64,000 bases of DNA from assembly GCA_013239625.1 (NCBI GenBank), contig MU053493.1:629793-693792 (forward strand), given 5' to 3'. The first letter of the stretch is position 1. Each line of letters starts with the position of its first letter. This DNA comes from Lama guanicoe (taxonomy: Eukaryota). This document shows positions 54,060 to 64,000 of the stretch, piece after piece. The translations under genes were made by a program, and so were the position numbers. The notes under the pieces were generated by a model. The model saw nothing but the letters and a program-made list of their open reading frames with translations. It was not told the origin of the DNA and searched no databases.

Positions 54060-55330
54060 CAACAAGAACGCCTGAGGGTCACCAACGCAGTATTCCAGCG
54101 GTGCCTCTCCCCTCTTTGGGGCCTCACCGCACCCCCGCCCCGGCAGGCGCCCCGCCCCGCCCTCTGCTGCCCGGCCGGCGGCCCGCGGACGCGCAGGCGC
54201 ACTAGCCCGTCCCGCCGCCGCCCCGCCCCGCCTGGCTACTGCGGAAGGCGCCGCGCGCAGCAACGCGCACTTCCTCTCCAGGAGTCCACGGAGGGAGCGC
54301 ACCCTCGAAGAGCTCCTGGACGCCGCGGCCCTGCCCTTGTCAGACGGAGCAGACATGTCCGAACAAAGTAAGGATGTGTGCGACCCCAGCTTTGCAGCCG
54401 AGGCCTCCAACTGCGAGGTGCACAGCATTCCTGGGGTCCCCGGGGGGCCCTCCCCTCCCGCGTCTCAGGCCGCGACCCTCGCAGGGCCAGAGAGCCCTCC
54501 GGTAGGCCCGCCCGACGCCCCTCTGGCCTCGCCGGCGCCCCAGGCCCCAAGCGAAGAGGGAGACCTGAAGGCCCTGCAGCAGGCCGCGGAGGAAGGCCGC
54601 GCCCACCAGGCCCCGAACGCGGCTCAGCCCGTCCCGGCCCCGCCGGCCCCGGCCCAGCTGGTGCAGAAGGCGCACGAGCTCATGTGGTACGTGCTGGTCA
54701 AGGACCAGAAGAGGATGATCATCTGGTTCCCAGACATGGTGAAGGATGTCATCGGCAGTTACAAGAAGTGGTGCCGAAGCATTCTTAGGCGCACCAGCCT
54801 CATCCTCGCCCGAGTGTTCGGGCTGCACCTGAGGCTGACCAGCCTGCACACGATGGAGTTCTCGCTGGTCAAGGCTCTGGAGCCGGAGGAGCTGGACAGG
54901 GTGGCTCTGAGCAACCGCATGCCGATGACAGGCCTCCTGCTGATGATCCTGAGCCTCATCTACGTGAAGGGTCGCGGCGCCCGAGAGAGTGCGGTCTGGA
55001 ACGTGCTGCGCATCCTGGGGCTGAGGCCCTGGAAGAAGCACTCCACTTTCGGAGACGTGAGAAAGCTCATCACCGAGGAGTTTGTCCAGCAGAACTACCT
55101 GAAGTACCAGCGCGTCCCCCACGTAGAGCCGCCTGAGTATGAGTTCTTCTGGGGCTCCCGTGCCAGCCGCGAAATCACCAAGATGCAAATCATGGAGTTC
55201 CTGGCCAGGGTCTTTAAGAAAGACCCGCAAGCCTGGCCTTCCCGATACAGGGAAGCCCTGGAAGAGGCCAGGGCTCTGCGGGAGGCCAGTCCCACTGCCT
55301 ACTGCCCCCGCAACAGTGTCTCCGAGGACT
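54060..55330. promoter_or_regulatory. CpG island over the NDN promoter and CDS (orthologous to the NDN differentially methylated region)
   Basis: Abrupt rise in GC and CpG content against AT-rich, CpG-depleted flanks. The imprinted DMR status is known from human/mouse and is not visible in the sequence. Confidence 0.9.
54130..54280 (+). promoter_or_regulatory. NDN TATA-less core promoter: GC boxes, NRF1-type site, probable TSS near 54268
   Basis: CCCCGCCC boxes at ~54133, ~54150 and ~54221; CGCGCAGGCGCA at 54190-54201 (NRF1 consensus YGCGCANGCGCR); CACTTCCT Inr/ETS-like motif at 54268-54275. Confidence 0.75.
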
Positions 55331-55332
55331 AG
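54355..55332 (+). CDS. NDN: Necdin (MAGE family), intronless, 325 aa
   Basis: ATG at 54355 (the ORF track starts at an upstream TTG, 54337). Pro/Ala-rich N-terminus MSEQSKD..., then the MAGE homology domain LVQKAHELMWYVLVKDQK...YEFFWGSRASREITKMQIMEFLARVF, ending SVSED. Closely matches mammalian necdin; no frameshift or internal stop. Confidence 0.99.
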   Translation: MSEQSKDVCDPSFAAEASNCEVHSIPGVPGGPSPPASQAATLAGPESPPVGPPDAPLASPAPQAPSEEGDLKALQQAAEEGRAHQAPNAAQPVPAPPAPAQLVQKAHELMWYVLVKDQKRMIIWFPDMVKDVIGSYKKWCRSILRRTSLILARVFGLHLRLTSLHTMEFSLVKALEPEELDRVALSNRMPMTGLLLMILSLIYVKGRGARESAVWNVLRILGLRPWKKHSTFGDVRKLITEEFVQQNYLKYQRVPHVEPPEYEFFWGSRASREITKMQIMEFLARVFKKDPQAWPSRYREALEEARALREASPTAYCPRNSVSED

Positions 55333-55883
55333 CAAGGTCTGGAGGCAGAGTCCTGGTTTCTGACCCTCCCCAGGGCGGTGGAGGGTAGGGGTGGGATGTT
55401 AGAGTGTTCAGGATTTACAGTGCAGTATTTCACGTGTAACTTTTAAGTTTTCAGTACAGTGCTTTTATACCTTTTAATGCAATGTTGTATTAATTTCTGT
55501 AATACGAGATAGTGTGTAGGATTTATGCATGTTTGTTTATAAGTAAGCTCGGTTGGTGCTTTCGCTTTTGTGCTACCTTTCTTGACTTTTTTGTACCAGA
55601 GACGTGCTAAACTTAACGAAGTACATTGAAAAGTTTTCCATCTTATTCTTTTATATGGGACGGATGATGGGAATGGGGATAGACTGGGAGTTTGGAAGAA
55701 CTCACCAGGAAAGCTGGCCTAACCAAGAGACAAGTCAAGACCCCTCTTTGTGACCTTGCTGGGCACAGGGAACATCTGTGTGGAGCGTGGTGACGTGGAC
55801 TGAAGCGGGCTCAGAGTGTGGGCACTTGGCACACTTCACTAAACACAAGTACAACCCCACCATGAGTAAACTCTAAAGAAAAC

Positions 55884-55889
55884 ATTAAA
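55884..55889 (+). terminator. Probable NDN polyadenylation signal (ATTAAA)
   Basis: ATTAAA about 550 nt after the stop codon, followed by a GT-rich stretch (gtgtactttgtctggtt) at ~55920. Confidence 0.65.
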
Positions 55890-56254
55890 GATTCTTGTGA
55901 TACAATCATTCATGGAAAAGTGTACTTTGTCTGGTTAACAAAGTAGTGTGGGTTGGGCGTGAGACATTTTACAGAATGTGTAGACAGAACTGTGTCATTG
56001 AACAGGGTGGGGAAATCCCTACCCATCATGACTCAACTGTGTGAAGTTTAGAGTTTTATTTTCCAAATGGAACTCATAGAGTTCATTTCAAAACTTTGAC
56101 AAAGAGAGAAAAGTTTAACCCCCCCAAAAAAAAGAAAGGGGTGGGGTCTTGATCACATCAAAGAGAAGTAATAACTTTATACTTAGATTAATTTCCTTTC
56201 TTGCATTTTCTACATTTTATTAAAATTAATAGCTGTCTTTTGTGGGTGCTTAAA

Positions 56255-56465
56255 GAGAGGCATTGTGCTAAACCCTTTACATGAATTTTCTCTTTTTATC
56301 TAATCCGCACAACAGCCTCATGAGGCAGGCACTTAACTCCATCTGCACCATGGAGGAAATACAGGAACAAAGCAGGTAATTAACTTTCCCTAGATCATAA
56401 AGGCTTGGTGAGAGGAGGGGAGGGGCTGGGCACTGGACCCAGACTGAGTCCAGAGCCTACACATT
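56255..56465. mobile_element. MIR SINE remnant
   Basis: aggcattgtgctaaaccctttacatg...aatccgcacaacagcctcatgaggcagg. Confidence 0.65.
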
Positions 56466-57110
56466 TCCCCACCTGCCTCCAATTGCCCCCCTACCTCCTG
56501 CCTTTTTGTTTCTGCCTTTTTAAAAATTCCATGTTAAGAGTCTGTACTTACAGCTCCCCACCCCCAACATACACCAACACACAAGGCTAGGGATTTTATT
56601 TTTCTAATGAATCCTCATATTAATCTTCTAGAGAAAGCAGTCACTTTATTTCAGAGAGATTAATGGACTCAGCCAAGGCATATTCTGGCTTAGCAGTGAA
56701 GCCAAGATTTGCCACTTGGTCTTCCGGACCCTTCTCTGGCTAGTGGTGCTGGAGGAGCACACAAAGGACACCTGGGAGAAGGAGGTGGGATTGGGGTGGG
56801 AAGGTCACCTGTCAGGTACCTGCAAGCCAGCAGCTCTGGAATTGTAATGGGCCACTAAGCAACCCTTCAGAGGGTGGGATGGTTTGAGGGGTGGGGGGTG
56901 TGAAGGGCAATGCTTGGAGTTATATCTCATTATATAGCTTTCAGTCCTGCAAGGGGGGAGAGAGCAATGGGCCTTTCATAAGACCAGAAATTCTTCAAAC
57001 CAGAAGAGTGGAAGTGGCCATTTGGTCGAAATCAGACCCTTTTCTGGGGAAGATGGATAATGAGGATGGTTAATGACATCAGTTACATCACCCCAAAAAA
57101 GTCACCTGAG

Positions 57111-57240
57111 TGGGGAGGGTGTAGCTCCGTAAAAGAGTGCATGCTTAGAATGCACGAGGTCCTGGGTTCAATCCCCAGAACCTCCGCTAAATAAATAAAA
57201 ATAAATAAACCTAATTACTTACCCTCCAAAAAGATTTTTT
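57111..57240 (+). mobile_element. Vic-1-type SINE
   Basis: ggggagggtgtagctc...gggttcaatcccc; degenerate TSD aaaaaagtcacctgag / aaagaagtaacctggg. Confidence 0.9.
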
Positions 57241-58411
57241 AAAGAAGTAACCTGGGAGTTATATTTGGGTGAGGGGATTATAATCTGAGTTGGAAACTAG
57301 GATTCCAAAACTATAACAGCATTACTTAACAGGCAGAGGCTTAAAATGCTGAAGAAACCTCGGGTGTGCTGACTTGGAATCCATCCCTTTTTGCAGATGT
57401 GCTGTGATGTCTCCGATGGCGGGTTGGGGGCATTTCTTCAGTAACTCAGGGAGGGGTGCCCTGGCTTTAATGCCATCTCTTACCCTGAGCCAAGGTGAGT
57501 TCAGAAATTTTAGAACTGTTTTAGAAAATTACCTCCCCCTCACCAAAAACTTCCTGCAGAATCAAAAGAAATCTGCCCCTTTAAATTTAAAATTATGAGA
57601 CTATCTAAAATTATGAGACCCCTGTTTCATGTCTGCAGCAGGAGCACAGCTGTCACCCCTACCAGGGAAGGGTGCTGGACACTTTCTCAAACGCCCTAAT
57701 TCTCCTTGCAGTGACTGTAACTCCTGCACACTCCTTCATCAAACCCAGAGGTCACTGGGTGGGAGTCCCGTCACTTCCCCATGCTTGTGTTTACTTTCCT
57801 CTCTGCCAGAAGAGACTGGAAATACCACTCCAAAGCTGCCCCGAGCTTACAGACACAGGCACGTCAGCCACAGAGGACCGAATCTTGCAAGAAGGACAGG
57901 ATGGTGAGAAATGAGGAACTGACCCCAGCAAGTTCTGTGGGCAGGGACACTCAGCTCCTGGGCAGACTTGGAGGCAGCCAAACCTAGAACAGGCTCTTCA
58001 GATGTGGACCAGAGCTAATTCACGACAGCTTGTCCTGCAGGGATAGCAGCTAAGGGCACAGGGAAGGGACATTCGTGTCTCTCTTAGATTTTCATGCTGG
58101 GCTCAGTGGAAAGGTTGGAGGGTTTGTTAAATATTTTTCAAAGGGTTCATCTACAGGGTGCTTGGAGAGGTCATTCAGGAAGGGGTCTGCAGATCCTTGA
58201 TAGTCCAGCCCAGGAAAGAAACCCAGACTGCCGTACTGGGAAGAGGCTCCTAGTTCCCCGTAGTATCTCGACACTGTATTTGTCCTGCCAATTGGAACCT
58301 CAGTTCTTAACAAACACCCACACGTATTTCACTGCAACTCACTTCATTTAATTAGAGTCACAGAGGGCGAAAAGGACCTTGGTAAACTTAATATGAAATA
58401 TAATGCCGCCA

Positions 58412-58550
58412 CAGCAGAGGGTTTAGCTCAGTAACAGAGTACATGTTCAGCATGCACGAGATCGTGGGTTCAATCCCCAGTCCCTCCATAAACAAACAAA
58501 CAAACAAACAAACCTAATTACCCCGAAAAAATCCATAGAAAAAAATTTAA
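58412..58550 (+). mobile_element. Vic-1-type SINE
   Basis: agggtttagctcag...gggttcaatcccc, (AAAC)n, aacctaatta. Confidence 0.88.
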
Positions 58551-59199
58551 AAATATTGCCACTTCATATAAGCTACTCTGAGAAGAAAATATATGGCTTT
58601 ATTATAGTACCATCATTAGACAGGAAAGACATGTTTTAAATGAACTTGCCCTTATATGCAGTTAAGTATCTCCTCTGCTTGAAGTCGTCCATGTCCCCCT
58701 CCACTTGAGTTTTACCTGACCAACTCATGAACACCACTTCTGTTGGGAATGCTATCTGACCTTCAAAACACAGACAGCTGTCCCCCTAGGGTCATCTCCA
58801 GTCACCTCCCAAACTGTTCATTCAGCATACACCTGCTGTTTACAAATAGGTTAAAGTTTCTCTCTCTCTTCCTGGGTTGTTAGATACTTAGAGACAAAAG
58901 CTGTATCTGTCAGTTTCACCACTTCCTTGATGCCCAACTTAGGGAGTGGCATATGCATGTTCTTGATAATTATTTGTTACATGAGTTAAGAAGCTCAAAA
59001 TATTATAAAAGACCCACTCTACCACACAGCAAAAAGCAAAACCAAGCACAGCAAACAATGATCAACCACTCTAAAGTAGAGGAAACAAGAACTTGAAATT
59101 AGCGAAATAAAAAAATACAGAAAGATACTATAAACAATAATTTGGTTTTTTCAAGTTAGTTCTTTGAATACATCAAGAAAATGGGCAAATATCTAGCAG

Positions 59200-60120
59200 G
59201 TTTTTATTTATTTTACTTTTATTGAGATATAATTTTAGTTTAATTGAGACATATGTTATCTTAGTTTTAAGTGTGCCTCATCATGATTTGATCTGTATAT
59301 ACATAGTGAAATAATTACCGAAGTAAGTTTAGTTAACATTTATTACCATGCATCATTACAACTTTTTTCACGTGATGAGAACTTTTAAGATCTACTCTCT
59401 TTGGAACCTTTAAATATACAATACAGTATTGTTAACTATAGTCACCATGCACCCATTGCATCCCCAAGACTTACTCATCTTAGTTGGAAGTTTGTACCTC
59501 TTAACAACCTTTGCCCATTTCATCCACCACCCAACCCCTGCCTTTGGCAATCACCAAACTGTTCTCTGTATCTATGAGTTCTGTTTTTTGTTTGTTTATT
59601 TATTTTAGATTCCACTTCTAAGTGAGATCATATAGCAATGTCTCATCTTTTTTTTCACTTATCACAATACCCTCGGCTTGTACTTATATCCATGTTGTCA
59701 CCAATGGCAGGATTTCCCTTTTCATGGCTGAATAATATTCTTGTGTGTGTGGGTGTGTGTGTGTGCATGCGTGCGTGCATGTGTGTATACCGTGTTATCT
59801 TTATCCATTCATTCACCATGGACATTTAGGTTATTTCTAAGTCTTGACTTCTGTAAAATAATGCTGAATGAACAAGTGATTATAGATACCTTTTTGAGAT
59901 AGTGACTTAATTTCTTTCAGATAAATGCTCAGAAATGGAGTTCTTGGATCACATAACAGTTCCATTTTTCATTTTTTTTGGTATTTCCAAACTGTTTTCC
60001 ATCATGGCTATACCAATTCACACTCCCACCATCAGTGCACAAAGTTTCCCTGCCCAGCACTTAATATTTCTTGTCTTTTTGATGATAGCCATTCTATTCT
60101 AATAAGTGTAAGATTTTATT
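59200..60120 (-). mobile_element. L1MA-like 3' fragment
   Basis: gagaacttttaagatctactctctt, tagattccacttctaagtgagatcat. Confidence 0.82.
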
Positions 60121-60371
60121 TGGTTTTAAGGAGAAAGGACAAATAAATTACTCCTTACTAGGTAAATGAACAAAGGACACACAGTTCAGTGCTCCAAAGG
60201 TGACATGAGTACTAAGAACAAAAATGAAAAAAAATCCAACCACACAGTATTAAATCAAGATACTTTTGTATGCTAAGTGATCAAAAGTGTAATAAAAGTC
60301 AATATCCTGCACTATCAAGGGATATTAGAAATTGGCGTTCTAATACCCTGCTAGAGCTATATAAATAACTA

Positions 60372-60577
60372 CTGTGACCCTTGAACAACTGCGGAGGACA
60401 TTAGGACATTAACAGTGCTGACCCGGCCACATTCCACTGGAGAATAAATTAACAGTTACCCTCCATTTCCCCGGTTCCCCATCTGCACATTCAACCAACC
60501 ACAGATCCTGCAGTACACATTTCAAATCTGCCTGCAAGGACCTACCAAGTTCAAACCTGTGCTGTTCGAGCTAACTG
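60372..60577 (-). mobile_element. Tigger2a-type MITE
   Basis: TA|ctgtgacccttgaacaac ... gctgttcgagctaactg|TA. Confidence 0.72.
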
Positions 60578-60599
60578 TACATGCTTTCCTATGCAGTGA

Positions 60600-61800
60600 T
60601 ATATAATGTATTTTGAGCACCTAATGTGTTGCAGTTGCAGAGCTAGGAGTTAGGGATGCAATAGTGAACAGACTAGACATTGTCCGTGCTCACAGAGCCT
60701 TAAGTGCATTGAAAGAAGCAGGTGAATAATAAGAATTATGCTTCAGCCCAGTGGGTACCAGTCCCAGAGGAGTCTGGAGTCTAAAGAGGCTCAAACCGGT
60801 GCATCCAACTCAGACTTTCTTAGAGGGGTGAAATATAAATATATCTGTAGGATGAGAAGGAATTAGCAACTTGAAAGTGGTTTGGAGAGGGTAGACATGG
60901 GAAAAGAGTTTATTTGTGATGAGGAACTGCTGTGTGAAGACACACTCACAAGCATGTGAGACTATGAAAAGTTTCCGGAAATTTACTAAAAAGGAGACAG
61001 AAAATAAATTTCAGAATGGGCTAGAGGCTAGAGCATCAGACAAAGAGAAGGAAAATACCATATTTAAGATGCAGTTGATGCCCTGAAAATGTGAGTCATT
61101 TAAATCACACCACGAAGCAGCAGCTTTAGAAGGAACTGTGCTGAAAGACAGCCTTCTTTTTAATGAGCATCTTTTATCTTTTTCTGATTGCTCATACCTT
61201 CCTTATCTCTTAATTTGTCCTATTATTCTTTGTTTCACTAAGTGGTTTGGAACTCTTTTAACTGTATTATGCATTTTCCCATATCTAATATTTCATGTGT
61301 CCCCTTATTAGCTACACACACACACACACAAATAGCAAACCACCGTGTTTGCTATTCGATTCATAAATTCATTTGCTTATACACTTACTCAGTAGAGACT
61401 TGTGGTTCTTCAACCATAAGGCTGCACTGGGCTGGGTACTGGGTACACATTAGTGAATTAGACAAAAAGCAGCCCCCGACCTCAAGGAGTTTGCTGAGAC
61501 TCACAGTGCTGATAGAGCACAACAAAAAGGTAAACAAACAAATGAACCATTAAATACAAAATACACATTTGGATAAAGAAATGAAAAAAAATGGCTTGGT
61601 TAGAATGATAAGGAATGGTGGGGAAGATCTGCTGAGGTAAGAGGCTCAGGAAAGTGTGGTCTGAAAAGGTGAATTTTCAGCTGATGCTTGAAGGATTAGC
61701 TGAGATCTAGCAAAAACAGCAGAGGGAACGTGAATCCAGGCAGAAAAAACAAGCATACGTGAAGACCGAGAGTTGATCAGGTGGACTGCGTGGCTTCCTT
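60600..61800 (-). mobile_element. Two L2 3'-end remnants (about 60600-60870 and 61350-61800)
   Basis: tgagcacctaatgtg...gatgcaatagtgaacagac; cattagtgaattagacaaa...ctcaaggagttt. Confidence 0.55.
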
Positions 61801-61859
61801 TATGACCAGACACAGCGCCATAGGTGAGCAGGGCCACGTGCAATGTCTGATACCCTTCT

Positions 61860-62150
61860 AGTCTGTCTGTCTCCATAATGGAGGCAGCACAAGCTAAAAC
61901 TGTGATTTCTCAGCCTGTCAATATGCTCCCATCAAGAGATATAAGAAAAAGTCTGCCTGTGCTTTCCCTCCCAGCATCCTTTACTCCTTCTAAGAACATC
62001 GAAGGGATAGCAGGAGTGGCCGCAGCTCCCATGATGACAAGAATGAAAAGAGATGCATCACAGAGACGTCGAGCCTGATATCTTCAGACTGCTGAGTAAA
62101 TATCAGTAGCCACCTGCTTATCTCTGTGTTTCTCTCCCCTCCACCCAGAC
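61860..62150. mobile_element. LTR33-like ERVL LTR fragment
   Basis: catcacagagacgtcgagcctgatatc...tagccacctgc resembles LTR33. Confidence 0.45.
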
Positions 62151-62174
62151 TAACTGAGATGAGTTGACAGAGCA

Positions 62175-62471
62175 CTGTGAAAGTTTAAGGTGCTCAGTGT
62201 GATTTGATACACTGATATAGTGTAAAATGGTTACCACTGTCGCATGAGCTAAGGCCTCTTTCATATCACATAAGTACCATTTTGTTGTGTGTGTGGGAAC
62301 ATTTAAGAGCTACACTCTTAGCGATTTTTCAAGTATGTAATACAGTATTATTAATTACAATCACCATGCCGTGTATTAGACTCCCAGAACTTACTCATCT
62401 TTTAAAAAGAATTTTTGGGGAGGATTATAATTAGAAATTACTGACTGACTGACTGAGTGACTGACTGACCG

Positions 62472-62508
<37 letters not shown>

Positions 62509-62792
62509 ATTATTTATTTAAATGGAGGATTGAACCCAGGATCTTGTGTATGCTAAGCATGCCCTCTACCCACTGAAATATATCCTACCCTCCTCATTTA
62601 TCTTATAATTGGAAGTTTGTACACTTTGACCAACATCTCCCCATCAGCCTTACTCCCACCCCAGCCTCTGGTAAGCACCACTCTACTCTGTTTCTATGAG
62701 TTTGTCTTCTTATTAGATTCTATGTATAAATCGTATCATGCAATATGTGTCTTTTGCTACCTGACTTAATTCACTTAGCCTAATGCCTTCAA
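62175..62792 (-). mobile_element. L1MA-like 3'UTR interrupted by a SINE
   Basis: ggaacatttaagagctacactcttagc; ggaagtttgtacactttgacc. Confidence 0.8.
62402..62594 (-). mobile_element. Vic-1-type SINE with (CTGA)n(CTAT)n microsatellite
   Basis: gattgaacccaggatcttgtgtatgctaagcatg; tetranucleotide arrays at 62441-62507. Confidence 0.85.
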
Positions 62793-63499
62793 ATTGGCTT
62801 TTACAGGCAATGGCACATTAGCAAATCATATTAAAGAGTAAGTAGAAAACACTGAAGTGTTTGGGACTAATGCAATTATGTTTTTAGCATAGTACTCTAT
62901 TATATCCCAAATGATTTGATATGAGTAAGGGTCAAAACTGGGATTCTGTTAAGAGATGAAGATGATGTAGAAGAAGATGAGGTGTGTTTTTTTTGGGACA
63001 CGGGAGTGAAGATATCTTTTCAAGAGTGAACAGTAGTGTGGTTTAATGAGATAAGGGAGGAAGGACAAGTTTTGGGTGAAAGTCACCAAAAGCTTGTATA
63101 CCAGGACTCTATGAAACATCCTAAGAAAGATATGAGAGAGACAATAAAGATGCGTAACTTAAGAGGATGAATTACTGCCCTGCATTAGAGCAATATATTT
63201 ATCAGAGAAAACGTGTAAGGGGTAATGAGGAATGTGTGTCCATGATTGTATTCTGGGAAGTGGAAATATTTCCATATCTAGTATTGAAGGAAGATCTGGT
63301 TGAAGTGACTCAAAAGGGTAGTTAGAGGAGAGATGGAAAATTAAACTTAGAGCAAATCAGATCATATAAATTAAAATAGCAGCATTCTGAGCTGGAGTAA
63401 TTGACCAGTGGTGTAAAATTCTGCTGCAGTATCACAACCATTTGAGTGTGTGTGTGGGTCGGAGGAGGAGGGTGCTGTCACATTAGTAGGGCTAATGAT

Positions 63500-63960
63500 G
63501 GTTAGAGATAAGATAAATATGATTAAGGCAGAGGCATAATGAGAGGTGCATTATCTCAGTGAGAGATAATGGTGATCTTAACCAGGGAGTGAGTAATAAA
63601 AATGAAGATCAATGGGAAAAGTCAATAAAAATGTGGAGATGAATTTGACAGGAAGTGATGATTGATTAAATGCTAGAAATATGGACAGACAAGAGTCGAG
63701 GAGGACTGCCAGGTTTCTGCCATGCACAACAGTTCGAGTAACACCTATTATTGATGTGGGAGCAAAGGAAAAGCAGGTTCCTGTGAAAAGATGCTGACTC
63801 TGGCTTTAGACATGTTGAGTTGGATGTGACTGTGAGACATCTAAACAGAGACACCCATTTGACTGGGGAGAAATTCATAAGAGAGGAAATGGAGGTGTAG
63901 GTTAAGGTTTCATGAACTCGTGAGTGGGAGTGAAGATGTTGCTGAGGGAGTGTGTATGGA
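63500..63960 (-). mobile_element. L2 remnant
   Basis: tttagacatgttgagttggatgtgactgtgagacatctaa. Confidence 0.6.
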
Positions 63961-64000
63961 CTTGGAAAGGCACCCTGTGCTTTGCCTGAGCAGCTCAGGC

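Noticed and set aside
54337..54354. ORF-track start giving a 331-aa necdin
   Set aside because: The start codon is TTG; canonical necdin begins MSEQSK at ATG 54355.
53903..54788. Pro/Arg/Gly-rich overlapping ORFs (100, 119, 124, 104, 136 aa)
   Set aside because: Expected in GC-rich DNA, mostly non-ATG starts, and no recognisable domain.
1..64000. MAGEL2, MKRN3, SNORD arrays or miRNA clusters expected in the PWS domain
   Set aside because: No second MAGE or RING ORF and no tandem C/D-box or hairpin array was visible. Single small RNAs cannot be excluded without an Infernal/Rfam scan.

Overview
Mammalian genomic DNA, most likely camelid (inferred from seven Vic-1-type tRNA-derived SINEs and camelid-like young L1 3' ends). 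There is one host gene: intronless necdin (NDN, MAGE family; ATG 54355 to TAG 55332, 325 aa, + strand). It lies in a CpG island with GC-box and NRF1-type promoter motifs, which places the window in the Prader-Willi orthologous imprinted domain. The first ~45.5 kb is largely nested LINE-1 debris of several ages, plus MER21/MLT1 LTRs and Tigger DNA transposons. SINEs appear only after ~45.8 kb. Other ORFs in the track with recognisable homology are L1 ORF1/ORF2 fragments; the rest look like chance frames. I found no convincing new multi-gene system. Best leads: (1) a TSD-flanked L1 with 5'UTR and ORF1 but almost all of ORF2 removed (half-L1-like); (2) four twin-primed inverted L1 insertions within ~27 kb; (3) a stop-free, in-frame NDN leader with near-cognate starts; (4) a CpG-retaining motif cluster 3-4 kb upstream of NDN. 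Repeat family names were assigned by eye from remembered consensus sequences, and boundaries are approximate unless a TSD is quoted.
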